Shown piece by piece: positions 1 through 7,832 of a stretch of DNA of 21,064 bases. Positions within the stretch are counted from its first letter, which is position 1. Each line of letters begins with the position of its first letter. Both the position numbers and the translations under genes were made by a program. The DNA comes from Methanobacteriota archaeon (lineage in GTDB: Archaea; JAADCQ01; Methanopyri; Methanopyrales; Methanopyraceae), in contig JAMOPY010000005.1 in NCBI GenBank assembly GCA_027064305.1, forward strand, positions 1-21,064. Reading direction: 5' to 3'. The notes under the pieces are model-generated. The model saw nothing but the letters and a program-made list of their open reading frames with translations. It searched no databases and was not told where the DNA came from.

Positions 1-15
1 GTCCTGCTGCACAAC
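1..15 (+). mobile_element. Intein C-terminal end (block G, VLLHN|S) within cdc48
   Basis: Translation VLLHN-SEKKIREIF replaces the conserved CDC48 KWVGE-SEK; penultimate His, terminal Asn and +1 Ser form a canonical splice junction. Confidence 0.85.
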
Positions 16-681
16 TCGGAGAAGAAGATCCGGGAGATCTTCCAGAAGGCGCGGCAGACGGCCCCGTGCGTCATCTTCTTCGACGAGATCGACGCGATCG
101 CGCCCAAGCGGGGCACGGAGGTGGGCGGTTCCCGGGTCACGGAGCGGATCGTGAACCAGCTGCTGACGGAGATGGACGGGATCGAGGCGGCCGAGGACGT
201 GTTCGTGATCGCCGCGACGAACCGCCCGGACATCCTGGACGAGGCGCTGCTGCGCCCGGGCCGGTTCGACCGGATCGTGTACGTGCCGCCGCCGGACGAG
301 GAGGCGATGAAGGAGATCGTGAAGATCCACACGCGGGACATGCCGCTCGCGGAGGACGTGTCCATCGAGGACATCGTGGAGATCCTGAAGCGTCGGGAGG
401 AGGAAGAGGACGCCAAGTACACGGGGGCGGACATCGAGGCGATCTGCATGGAGGCGGCCATGCTGGCCCTTCGGGAGGTCATCGACGAGCTGGAGCGGAT
501 CGAGGAGGAGGCGGAGTCGAAGAGGGAGCTGGAGGCGCGGAAGGAGGCGCTGATGGAGGAGCTCAAGGTGGAGAAGCGGCACTTCGAGAAGGCGGCGGAG
601 AAGGTGCCCCCGTCGGTCTCCAGGGAGCAGCTGGAGGAGTACGAGAAGCTGAAGGAGGAGTTCCAGCGGCTGGCGGGGTGA
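1..681 (+). CDS. cdc48: CDC48/VCP-family AAA+ ATPase, C-terminal part of D2 domain (5' truncated)
   Basis: Frame 1 is open from base 1: SEKKIREIFQKARQTAPCVIFFDEIDAIAP (Walker B), VNQLLTEMDG, AATNRPDILDEALLRPGRFDR (second region of homology), YTGADIEAIC; TGA at 679-681. Confidence 0.95.
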   Translation, partial: VLLHNSEKKIREIFQKARQTAPCVIFFDEIDAIAPKRGTEVGGSRVTERIVNQLLTEMDGIEAAEDVFVIAATNRPDILDEALLRPGRFDRIVYVPPPDEEAMKEIVKIHTRDMPLAEDVSIEDIVEILKRREEEEDAKYTGADIEAICMEAAMLALREVIDELERIEEEAESKRELEARKEALMEELKVEKRHFEKAAEKVPPSVSREQLEEYEKLKEEFQRLAG

Positions 682-684
682 GCG

Positions 685-1146
685 CTGCTCCTCCTCGCCG
701 ACCACATGCTTCTCCGCCTCTGCCGCTGGCTCCGCCTGCTCGGCTACCCGACGGTCTCGGCCCACGAGGTGGTGGACCCGAAGCGGGTGGAGGACGAGGA
801 CGCGGTCCTGCTGGAGTTCTGCCGGGAGCGGGACGCCCTGCTGATCACCCGGGACCGGGCCCTGGCGGAGCGGGCCCCGCGCTCCGTGCTGGTTCGCAGC
901 GACGACGTGCCCGGCCAGCTCGCGGAGGTGCTCGCGGCGCTGGGTGACGAGCCGTTTCTGGACCCGGACGAGTCCCGCTGCCCGGAGTGCAACGAGCCGG
1001 TGAGGCGCGTGAGGGCGGAGAACCCGGGGCCGTTCGAGGTCACGTGGAGGTGCCCCGGGTGCGGGAAGACGTACTGGGTGGGTGGTCACTGGAGGGACAT
1101 GGAGCGGGTTATCAGGGAGGTTGAGAGGAGGCTGCGGGGGAGGTAA
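685..1146 (+). CDS. Mut7-C (PIN-like) RNase domain protein with Zn ribbon
   Basis: LLADHMLLRLCRWLRLLGY, LLITRDRAL, RCPECN...CPGCGKTYWVGGH. Start placed at CTG 685 after GGGGTGA; the alternative is ATG 706. Confidence 0.85.
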   Translation: MLLLADHMLLRLCRWLRLLGYPTVSAHEVVDPKRVEDEDAVLLEFCRERDALLITRDRALAERAPRSVLVRSDDVPGQLAEVLAALGDEPFLDPDESRCPECNEPVRRVRAENPGPFEVTWRCPGCGKTYWVGGHWRDMERVIREVERRLRGR

Positions 1147-1147
1147 G

Positions 1148-1768
1148 GTGTCGGAGCGGTTGTCCCTGGAGGAGGGCGAGTTCCTGGTCCGGCTGGCCCG
1201 GGACGCGATCGTCGAGTACCTCCGGTCGGGCCGGAAGATCCGCCGGGATCCCCCGTCGGAGCGGCTGCGGGAGAAGCGGGGCGTGTTCGTCACGCTGAAG
1301 CGGCACCCGAGCGACGAGCTGCGCGGGTGCATCGGGTTCCCCGAGCCCGTGAAGCCGCTCGTGGAGGCGACGGTCGAGGCGGCGATCAGCGCGGCGACGA
1401 ACGACCCGCGATTCCCGCCGATGCGGGACCCGAGGGAGATGAAGGAGGTGCGGGTGGAGGTGAGCGTGCTCACGCCGCCGAGGCGCCTGGAGGTGAGCAA
1501 CCCCAAGGAGTACCTGGAGCGGATCGAGATCGGTCGTCACGGCGTGATCGTGCGCCGGGGCGCGAACTCGGGGCTTCTGCTGCCTCAGGTGCCGGTGGAG
1601 GAGGGCTGGGACGTGATGGAGTTCCTCTCGCACGCCTGCCTCAAGGCCGGGCTGCCGCCGGACGCGTGGTGCTCGCCGGACTGCGAGGTGTACGTGTTCG
1701 AGGCGCAGGTGTTCGAGGAGGTGGAACCGGAGGGTGAGGTCAGGGAGAAGCGGTTAACGGAGGAGTAG
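1148..1768 (+). CDS. AMMECR1-domain protein (AmmeMemoRadiSam A / TIGR00296-like)
   Basis: GVFVTL, LRGCIG, AATNDPRFPP, VEVSVLT, GRHG, GLLLPQV, CLKAGL; GTG start at 1148. Confidence 0.92.
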   Translation: MSERLSLEEGEFLVRLARDAIVEYLRSGRKIRRDPPSERLREKRGVFVTLKRHPSDELRGCIGFPEPVKPLVEATVEAAISAATNDPRFPPMRDPREMKEVRVEVSVLTPPRRLEVSNPKEYLERIEIGRHGVIVRRGANSGLLLPQVPVEEGWDVMEFLSHACLKAGLPPDAWCSPDCEVYVFEAQVFEEVEPEGEVREKRLTEE

Positions 1769-2374
1769 GCCCTCCCGGAGCCGGAAGGCCTCGAAGGCCT
1801 CCGCGTGCTCCGCGCCGATTCTGGCCCCCCAGTACCGCGAGGCCCGGAGCACGTGGTCCTCGCTGATCGCGCCGCGCTGAATCTGGGACTCGTGGGCCCG
1901 GAGGGCCTCCAGCTTCTCCTCGATCACGTCGGAGACGTCCACGTACAGGACCGGGCTGAAGTCCGGGGTGGTGGAGGGTCCCTCGCCCATCAGCACGCTG
2001 ACCTCGGGGAACTTGCTCACCGCGGCCGTGACCAGCCGGTAGGTGCGGCGGTGGTCCTGGTGCGTGTCCCGGGGTGAGTGGGTGAAGATCAGGTCCGGTC
2101 GGTAGCTTCTCAGGTACTCGCGGAGCGCGTCGACGCTCTCCGGGTCGACGGTGATTCGGCCGTCCTCGTGGTCCAGGAAGATGACCTCCTCCACGCCCAG
2201 GATCTCGGCCCCTCGCCGGGCCTCTCGCTCCCGGACCTCCGCCCGACCCCCGTTGTCCCCGCGGCTGAGCACGATCTCCAGGACCTCGTGACCGTCGCGG
2301 GTGAGCTTGCGGACCGTGCCGCCGCAGTGCACCTCCATGTCATCGGGGTGCGCGAAGACCGCCAGGACCCTCAA
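1754..2374 (-). CDS. PIG-L/LmbE-family N-acetylglucosaminyl deacetylase
   Basis: AHPDD, CGGT, REREARRGAEILG, DTHQDH, HESQ, AEAF; TTG start at 2374 overlaps the upstream TGA, with RBS GGAGGGGG. Confidence 0.9.
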   Translation of the reverse strand: MRVLAVFAHPDDMEVHCGGTVRKLTRDGHEVLEIVLSRGDNGGRAEVREREARRGAEILGVEEVIFLDHEDGRITVDPESVDALREYLRSYRPDLIFTHSPRDTHQDHRRTYRLVTAAVSKFPEVSVLMGEGPSTTPDFSPVLYVDVSDVIEEKLEALRAHESQIQRGAISEDHVLRASRYWGARIGAEHAEAFEAFRLREGLLLR

Positions 2375-3390
2375 GCCGAGTCCCCCTCCGAGGCCCGGCG
2401 GGTTCGCCGCCACACGTTCCCCCGCAGCGCCAGCCATAGGAGCCCGTAGAGGGCGGCCACCTCGAGGAAGAACGTCCAGAGGAACTGGGCCGGGACCGCG
2501 ATCAGGGCCCAGAGTGGACCCCGGCGCTTGAGGCAGTGGTGGGAGGACACCAGCGCGTAGACGAGCCGTCCGGTTAACGGGATGAGCAGGATCTTAAGGT
2601 TGAAGAATGGTAACAGGTACGTGGTGACCAGCGAGGTGGCCAGGGAGCCCAGCACGAACGTGGAGAACGCGATCCCGGGGGCGTTCCGGGCCGAGACGGC
2701 CGCGGCCGCGGCCTGGTACATGCCCGCCCACCATCGCGCCTGCTGCAGCAGGTTCTGCCGGAGGCCGGCCGGGTCGTCCATCCACACCTCCAGGTCCGGC
2801 CGGTACAGGAACCCGGCCTCCTCCCACCGGTGGGTGAGCCCCAGGGTCACGTCCTCCGCCAGGTTCTCCGGCAGTCCCTCGCTCTCCAGGAACTCCGCGC
2901 GGAAGAGGGCCCCGGTGGTGTAAACGGGGGCGGAGCCGACCGACCGGGCCCAGAACCGGATCCCGTCTCCGATCACGTCGAACTGCAGGGCCACCATCAG
3001 GCCGACGAGGTTTTCGCCACGGTACCGGATCCTCCCGAACGCGAGGTTCCCCCCGGTCCGGGAGAGGTCCGAGACCAGCCGTCGCACGTAGTCCCGAGAA
3101 CCGAGCTCGTCCCCGGCGTCCAGCAGGAGGACCCACTCGGTCGGGATCTCGGCCTCGCGCAGGGCGGCGTTCACCGTCTCACCCTTGACCCGGCCCCCGG
3201 CCAGGACCACCTCCACCCGATCCTCGCCCGAGAACCGGTCCCGAAACCGCTCGTAATCCCGCCGGGAGCCGGCCGCGATGATGACCTTCCGGACCTCCAC
3301 CCCGCGCTGCCTCAGGACGGACCGGATGGGCCGTTCCACGGCCTCCGTGGGCTCGAACTTGGCGGGGATCAGCAGCGTGATCTCGGGCAA
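2371..3390 (-). CDS. GT2 glycosyltransferase, processive synthase-like, with C-terminal TM helices
   Basis: LLIPAKFE, KGETVNAAL, LLLDAGD, TGALFR, LAED, QQARWWAG (QxxRW), hydrophobic C-terminus; TTG start at 3390 after a G-rich RBS. Confidence 0.85.
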   Translation of the reverse strand: MPEITLLIPAKFEPTEAVERPIRSVLRQRGVEVRKVIIAAGSRRDYERFRDRFSGEDRVEVVLAGGRVKGETVNAALREAEIPTEWVLLLDAGDELGSRDYVRRLVSDLSRTGGNLAFGRIRYRGENLVGLMVALQFDVIGDGIRFWARSVGSAPVYTTGALFRAEFLESEGLPENLAEDVTLGLTHRWEEAGFLYRPDLEVWMDDPAGLRQNLLQQARWWAGMYQAAAAAVSARNAPGIAFSTFVLGSLATSLVTTYLLPFFNLKILLIPLTGRLVYALVSSHHCLKRRGPLWALIAVPAQFLWTFFLEVAALYGLLWLALRGNVWRRTRRASEGDSA

Positions 3391-3407
3391 GGAGCCCCCC
3401 GACCCCT

Positions 3408-4493
3408 CTAGTACTCCCGGCACAGGTCCAGGAACTCGTCGAACAGCCACCGGGTGTCCCAGGGACCCGGGTTGGCCTCCGGGTGGAACTGGACGGAGAA
3501 CGCGGGCGCGTCCGTGTGCACGACGCCCTCCACGGTCCCGTCGTTCACGTTCACCCACCGGACCTCCAGCGGCGTGTCCTCCAGGCTCTCCGGGTCCAGC
3601 GCGAACCCGTGGTTCTGCGAGGTGATGTACACCCGACCGTCCTTCAGGTCCTTCACCGGCTGGTTGGCGCCCCGGTGGCCGAACTTCATCTTGAACGTGC
3701 GGCCACCCTCGGCCAGCCCGAGGATCTGGTTCCCGAGGCAGATCCCCATCAGTGGCACCTCCCCGACCAGCCGCCGGACCGTTTCGATGGTCTCCTTCAC
3801 GCGCGCCGGGTCCCCGGGCCCGTTGGAGACCAGCACCCCGTCCGGGTCCCGGTCCAGGATCTCCTCCGCCGGCGTGTCGTACGGGACCACCAGCACGCCG
3901 GCCCCGCGCCGGGCCAGCTCCCGCAGGATGCCCCGCTTCACCCCGCAGTCGATAACGATCACCTCGGGATCGCCCTCGGAGAACCGGTAGGGCTCCTCCG
4001 TGGAGACCCTGGGCACCAGGTCCAGCTCGGAGATGTGGGGCACCCGGCGCGCCCGTTCCACCAGCTCCTCCCGATCGGGCGGATCGTCCGGCTCGTAGGG
4101 CACGAGCACGCCACGCATGGCGCCCTCCGTGCGGATCCGGCGCGTCAGCATTCGGGTGTCAACGCCGGCCAGCCCCGGCACGCCGTTCTCCTCCAGGAAC
4201 TCGTCGAGCGTGCCCTCGGCCCGGGGATGCACCGGCCCATCGTGCAGGTACCGGACCACGAACCCCTCCACCTGCACCCGGTCCGACTCGCCCGCCCCCG
4301 GCAGGATCCCGTAGTTACCCTGCATCGGTGCGGTCATGATGAGGATCTGGCCGCGGTACGAGGGGTCCGTGAGCGCCTCCTGGAACCCGGTGTGCGAGGT
4401 GTTGAAAACGACCTCCCCCTCCGCCTCCCGGGGGCACCCGAAGAGCTCCCCGTGCACCACCGTCCCGTCCTCCAGCGCCAGGGCGGCCCGCAA
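3408..4493 (-). CDS. carA: Carbamoyl-phosphate synthase small subunit
   Basis: GEVVFNTSHTGFQEALTDPSYRGQ, SNGPGDP, GICLGNQ, KFGHRGANQP, SQNHGF, VQFHPEANPGP. Confidence 0.97.
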   Translation of the reverse strand: MRAALALEDGTVVHGELFGCPREAEGEVVFNTSHTGFQEALTDPSYRGQILIMTAPMQGNYGILPGAGESDRVQVEGFVVRYLHDGPVHPRAEGTLDEFLEENGVPGLAGVDTRMLTRRIRTEGAMRGVLVPYEPDDPPDREELVERARRVPHISELDLVPRVSTEEPYRFSEGDPEVIVIDCGVKRGILRELARRGAGVLVVPYDTPAEEILDRDPDGVLVSNGPGDPARVKETIETVRRLVGEVPLMGICLGNQILGLAEGGRTFKMKFGHRGANQPVKDLKDGRVYITSQNHGFALDPESLEDTPLEVRWVNVNDGTVEGVVHTDAPAFSVQFHPEANPGPWDTRWLFDEFLDLCREY

Positions 4494-4525
4494 GCTCGCG
4501 TCACCCCGACCCCACGCGGGCCCGT

Positions 4526-4540
4526 GGTAAAAGTATCTCC
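4526..4540. promoter_or_regulatory. Candidate TATA-like element in the divergent carA / HisA-like intergenic region
   Basis: Only AT-rich patch (GGTAAAAGTATCTCC) in the 62-bp divergent gap; reads ACTTTTACC on the minus strand about 35 nt upstream of carA. Confidence 0.4.
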
Positions 4541-4555
4541 TCGGGGGAACGCGGG

Positions 4556-5923
4556 TTGCTGACGGGGTTGAGGGCGACGCTTCGAAGGGTCTCGGACGCG
4601 CGCCTGGAGTCCCTGTCGGGCGAGCGGGAGTCGGACTTCCGGGTGTTCGTGCGGGGCGCCATCGGCGCGCTGAGGGATGGGATCCGGCGCCTCGGCGGGC
4701 TGAACCCGGAGGCGGCGGTCGGGTACGCCGCCGCCGAGCGCGGGTACCGGGTGGAGACGCTGCGGGAGCTCACCCGGGCCGTGGAGGGGAGGGCGGAGCA
4801 CCTGATGGTCCGGGCGCTGCAGCTGTACAAGGCGGCCTGCTGGGACCTGCTCGACGCGTCGGAGGAGTCCCTGGGCCTGGGGGTGGCCCTCGACCTGCGA
4901 GGGGGTCGGGTGGTCGTCCGTAAGAGCCCGGAGGAGCGGGAGTACGAGCCGATCTCGCGCGCGTACGACCTGCCCGACGACCCGCACGAGCTGGCGTCGG
5001 AGCTCGTGGACCGCTACGACCTGGACTTCGTCTACGTGGCGGACCTGGACGCGATCCTGGACGGGGAGCCCGGTGCGGACCTGGAGTTCCTGGAGTCCCT
5101 GGAGGTGCCCGCGCTCGTCGACGCGGGCCGGTGCGACGTGGATCTCCCCTCCCACGCCCGTAGGATCCTGCCGACGGAGTGCTACGAGGACGCGGAAGAG
5201 TACCTAAACGACCTGGAGGTGATGGAGGACGCGGTGGCGGGCCTGGACCTGGAGGGGTCGAGCGTGCTGGGGCCGTGGGAGCGGGTGGGTGAGTTCCTCG
5301 ACGAGACGGTGGAGCTGATCTGCGGTCGCCGTCCGGGCGTCGTGGTGGTGGACGTGGGGGCGGTCGGGTCCCGGGAGGGTCCCCCGTTCGAGGCGGGTCT
5401 GACCGTGGGGATGTACTGCGACGCGGTCGTCGGGGGCGGGGTCGGCCGCCCGGAGCACGTGGAGCTGGCGCTGGGAACGCCGGGCGTGGTGGGGGTCATC
5501 GTTGGCACGCTGCTGTTCGAGGGGGTGGATCCCGTGCGGTTGGAGGAGGCTAAGAGGCGCGGGCGGGAGCTCCGGGTCCATCACATGGGTCTGGAGGAGG
5601 AGTACCTGGAGCTCATCAAGGAGGGGAAGAAGACGGTGGAGGGGCGGGTGAAGGACGACAAGCGGGTGCGCATCAAGCCCGGGGACAAGATCCTGTTCAA
5701 TCGGCGGCTCCTGGTCGAGGTCGTGGACGTTCGGGAGTACGATTCGTTCGAGGAGATGCTGCGGGAGGAGGGGCTGGAGAACGTGCTGCCTAACGTGGAC
5801 TCCATCGAGGAGGGGGTGGAGGTGTACCGGCGGTTCTACTCGAGCGGGAAGGAGAAGATGTTCGGGGTCCTGGCCATCGAGGTGCGGCCGCTGATGGACC
5901 TGTTCGAGGACATCTGCGACTGA
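4556..5923 (+). CDS. HisA/HisF-related TIM-barrel protein fused to a C-terminal ASCH domain
   Basis: VALDLRGGRVV, VYVADLDAI, VDAG, DVGAVGSREGP, VVGGGV, VIVGT (HisA-like), then HMGLEEEYLELIKEGKKTVEGR...IKPGDKILFN...VREYDSFEEML...GVLAIEV (ASCH); no internal stop. Confidence 0.8.
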   Translation: MLTGLRATLRRVSDARLESLSGERESDFRVFVRGAIGALRDGIRRLGGLNPEAAVGYAAAERGYRVETLRELTRAVEGRAEHLMVRALQLYKAACWDLLDASEESLGLGVALDLRGGRVVVRKSPEEREYEPISRAYDLPDDPHELASELVDRYDLDFVYVADLDAILDGEPGADLEFLESLEVPALVDAGRCDVDLPSHARRILPTECYEDAEEYLNDLEVMEDAVAGLDLEGSSVLGPWERVGEFLDETVELICGRRPGVVVVDVGAVGSREGPPFEAGLTVGMYCDAVVGGGVGRPEHVELALGTPGVVGVIVGTLLFEGVDPVRLEEAKRRGRELRVHHMGLEEEYLELIKEGKKTVEGRVKDDKRVRIKPGDKILFNRRLLVEVVDVREYDSFEEMLREEGLENVLPNVDSIEEGVEVYRRFYSSGKEKMFGVLAIEVRPLMDLFEDICD

Positions 5924-5924
5924 G

Positions 5925-6725
5925 TCACTCCAGGATGGGCCCCTCGGGGCTGGGGATGAACCCGATCCGCTCCAGGAACTTGTCGTCGTACACGAGCTCG
6001 ACCTCGGCCCCCTTCAGGTAGGGGCCCACCCGGCTCAGGACGCCGGGGGCGTCGGTGCCCTCGGCGAGCACCACCTCGTTTTCCAGGAGGCCCCACCTCT
6101 CGATGCGGAGGACCCGGCGGCCGAAACCGGCCCGATTCAGGGCGCGCTGGAGCCGTTTCCGGGTGACCCCGGCGACGATCAGCCGGTCGTACGGGTCCGC
6201 GGCCATCTCGAGCAGGTACTCCACCTGCTCGTCCGTCAGCCGGGCCTCGATCTCGCCCTCCTCCTCGTTCACCTCCACGATCTCCACCTCGAGGGGGAGG
6301 TTCTCCACGAAGCCGAAGCTGCGCCCGATGTCGCGGACCGAGGCCTTCTCCCCGCCGAGCAGCTGCTCCCGGAGCCGGTAAAGGGGGACCAGCGCGTCCA
6401 CCACCCGGGGCCCCACCACGCCCACGTCCACGTAGACCCCGTACCCGACCCGGTAGAGGTCGATGATGCGCCCGTAGATCACGTCGCCGGGCGCGAGGTC
6501 GAACAGGGAGCGCACGGTGTCGAACTCGCCCACCAGGCGCTCGGCCGCCTCCTCCGCGTCCGGTCCTCGGAGTCGTAGTATCGCCCAGGAGCGGAAGTTC
6601 CTGCGGACCTCCTCCACCTCGACCTCCAGGTCGCCCAGCAGCTCGCGGACCTGGCTCAGCAGCGACTCCTCGGCCCCGCCGTCCCGGTACAGCTTCTCAA
6701 GGATCGTGACGTCGACCACGGGCAA
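5925..6725 (-). CDS. DUF2110-family archaeal protein (S1/OB-like)
   Basis: GDVIYGRIIDLYRVGYGVYVDVG, DALVPLYRL, FGFVENLPLEV, GTDAPGVLSRVG; TTG 6725 after GGTGA; typical position downstream of tfe and the HD gene. Confidence 0.75.
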   Translation of the reverse strand: MPVVDVTILEKLYRDGGAEESLLSQVRELLGDLEVEVEEVRRNFRSWAILRLRGPDAEEAAERLVGEFDTVRSLFDLAPGDVIYGRIIDLYRVGYGVYVDVGVVGPRVVDALVPLYRLREQLLGGEKASVRDIGRSFGFVENLPLEVEIVEVNEEEGEIEARLTDEQVEYLLEMAADPYDRLIVAGVTRKRLQRALNRAGFGRRVLRIERWGLLENEVVLAEGTDAPGVLSRVGPYLKGAEVELVYDDKFLERIGFIPSPEGPILE

Positions 6726-6729
6726 GCGA

Positions 6730-7254
6730 TCACCACCGGTCGAGCTCCGGCGGTACCGCGCCCAGCTCGGACAGCTCGCGGTGCAGCCGGATGAGCCGGC
6801 GCACGGGGGGCGCGTCCTCACCCATCCGCTCGGAGAACTTGCGGACGACGGCCTTGATCGGGACGTGCTCGGTCCCGAACGTCAGGTTGTCCGCGTGGGC
6901 GACGATCTTCTCCTCCAGCGTCTCGGGCACGTAATCCTTGGGAGGTAACCCCAGCTCCTCCGCCTCCTCCCGGGGGATCCCGGCGCCCACGTGCCGCTCC
7001 ACGATCCGGGCGACGGGCTCCGGGTACCCGAGCTCCCGGACGATCCGGGCGCCGACGACCGCGTGCTCGATGCCGTGCGTCTCCGCCCGGCCGATGTCGT
7101 GCAGCAGGGCCCCGGTGCGGACCAGGTCGACGTCCACGTCCTCCCGGCAGCGCTCCGCCATCTCGACGGCGAGCTCGCAGACGGCCCGACAGTGCCGGAT
7201 CACGCGCTCCGGGCAGCCGACCCGGCGCAGGTCTTCAATCGGGTCCCGATCCAC
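6730..7254 (-). CDS. HD-domain metal-dependent phosphohydrolase (TIGR00295-like)
   Basis: VIRHC, GALLHDIGR, HAVVGA, ERHVGAGI, PETLEEKIVAHADNL. Confidence 0.92.
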   Translation of the reverse strand: MDRDPIEDLRRVGCPERVIRHCRAVCELAVEMAERCREDVDVDLVRTGALLHDIGRAETHGIEHAVVGARIVRELGYPEPVARIVERHVGAGIPREEAEELGLPPKDYVPETLEEKIVAHADNLTFGTEHVPIKAVVRKFSERMGEDAPPVRRLIRLHRELSELGAVPPELDRW

Positions 7255-7816
7255 CGAGCCGTTCCCTGAGCTCCCGGAGCCGCCGGATCTCCTCTTTTAA
7301 CTCCTCCGCCAGCTCCTCCATCCGGCGGCGCTCCTCCGTCATGTCCACCTCCTGCAGCATCTCGCCGCAGTTGGGGCACCGGAACTCGCACTCCATGGCC
7401 TCCTCGAAGCTCAGGACGGGGCACTCCTCGTTACCGCAGTGGAACATCGGGTGGGACATGTCGTTGGTCAGCGCCCGCTCCACGTCCTCCAGCTCCCGCT
7501 CCTTGATCTCCAGGCCCCGGCGCAGCACCTCCCGCAGGTTCAGGCTCCAGGCGTAGACGGGGTACCGGTACTCCTTCCGCCGCTCCTTCCGGAAGGACAC
7601 CACGCCGCGCTCGTGCAGCTTGTACAGCACCTTCCTGACCTCCCGCGGATCCACCCCCAGCTCGCCCGCGATCTCCTCGTCGATGGCCTCCCGCCGCAGG
7701 ATGATGTCCACCGTCCGCCGCGCCACCTCCGGGTCGATCCCCTCCTCGTCCTCCAGCAGCGACAGGGTCACTTCTTTAATCACCTTTAGATCCTCCTCGG
7801 ACAGATTGGAATACAT
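7235..7816 (-). CDS. tfe: Transcription factor E (TFE alpha)
   Basis: Winged helix DEEIAGELGV...EVRKVLYKL, Y-x-W motif, Zn ribbon CGNEEC...FEEAMECEFRCPNCG. Confidence 0.93.
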   Translation of the reverse strand: MYSNLSEEDLKVIKEVTLSLLEDEEGIDPEVARRTVDIILRREAIDEEIAGELGVDPREVRKVLYKLHERGVVSFRKERRKEYRYPVYAWSLNLREVLRRGLEIKERELEDVERALTNDMSHPMFHCGNEECPVLSFEEAMECEFRCPNCGEMLQEVDMTEERRRMEELAEELKEEIRRLRELRERLGGSGPD

Positions 7817-7832
7817 CGGCGTTATCCGCCCC

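Noticed and set aside
679-681. In-frame TGA between cdc48 and Mut7-C (and at 8529-8531 between purL and the next gene) as selenocysteine or read-through fusions
   Set aside because: Both upstream proteins are complete at these stops, the positions do not align with a conserved Cys, no SECIS is evident, and each downstream gene has its own RBS.
2580-2630. Possible antisense C/D sRNA (ATGAGCA..TTGA..ATGGTAA..GTGA) within GT2
   Set aside because: All four boxes are degenerate, it lies wholly inside a CDS, and there is no recognisable target.
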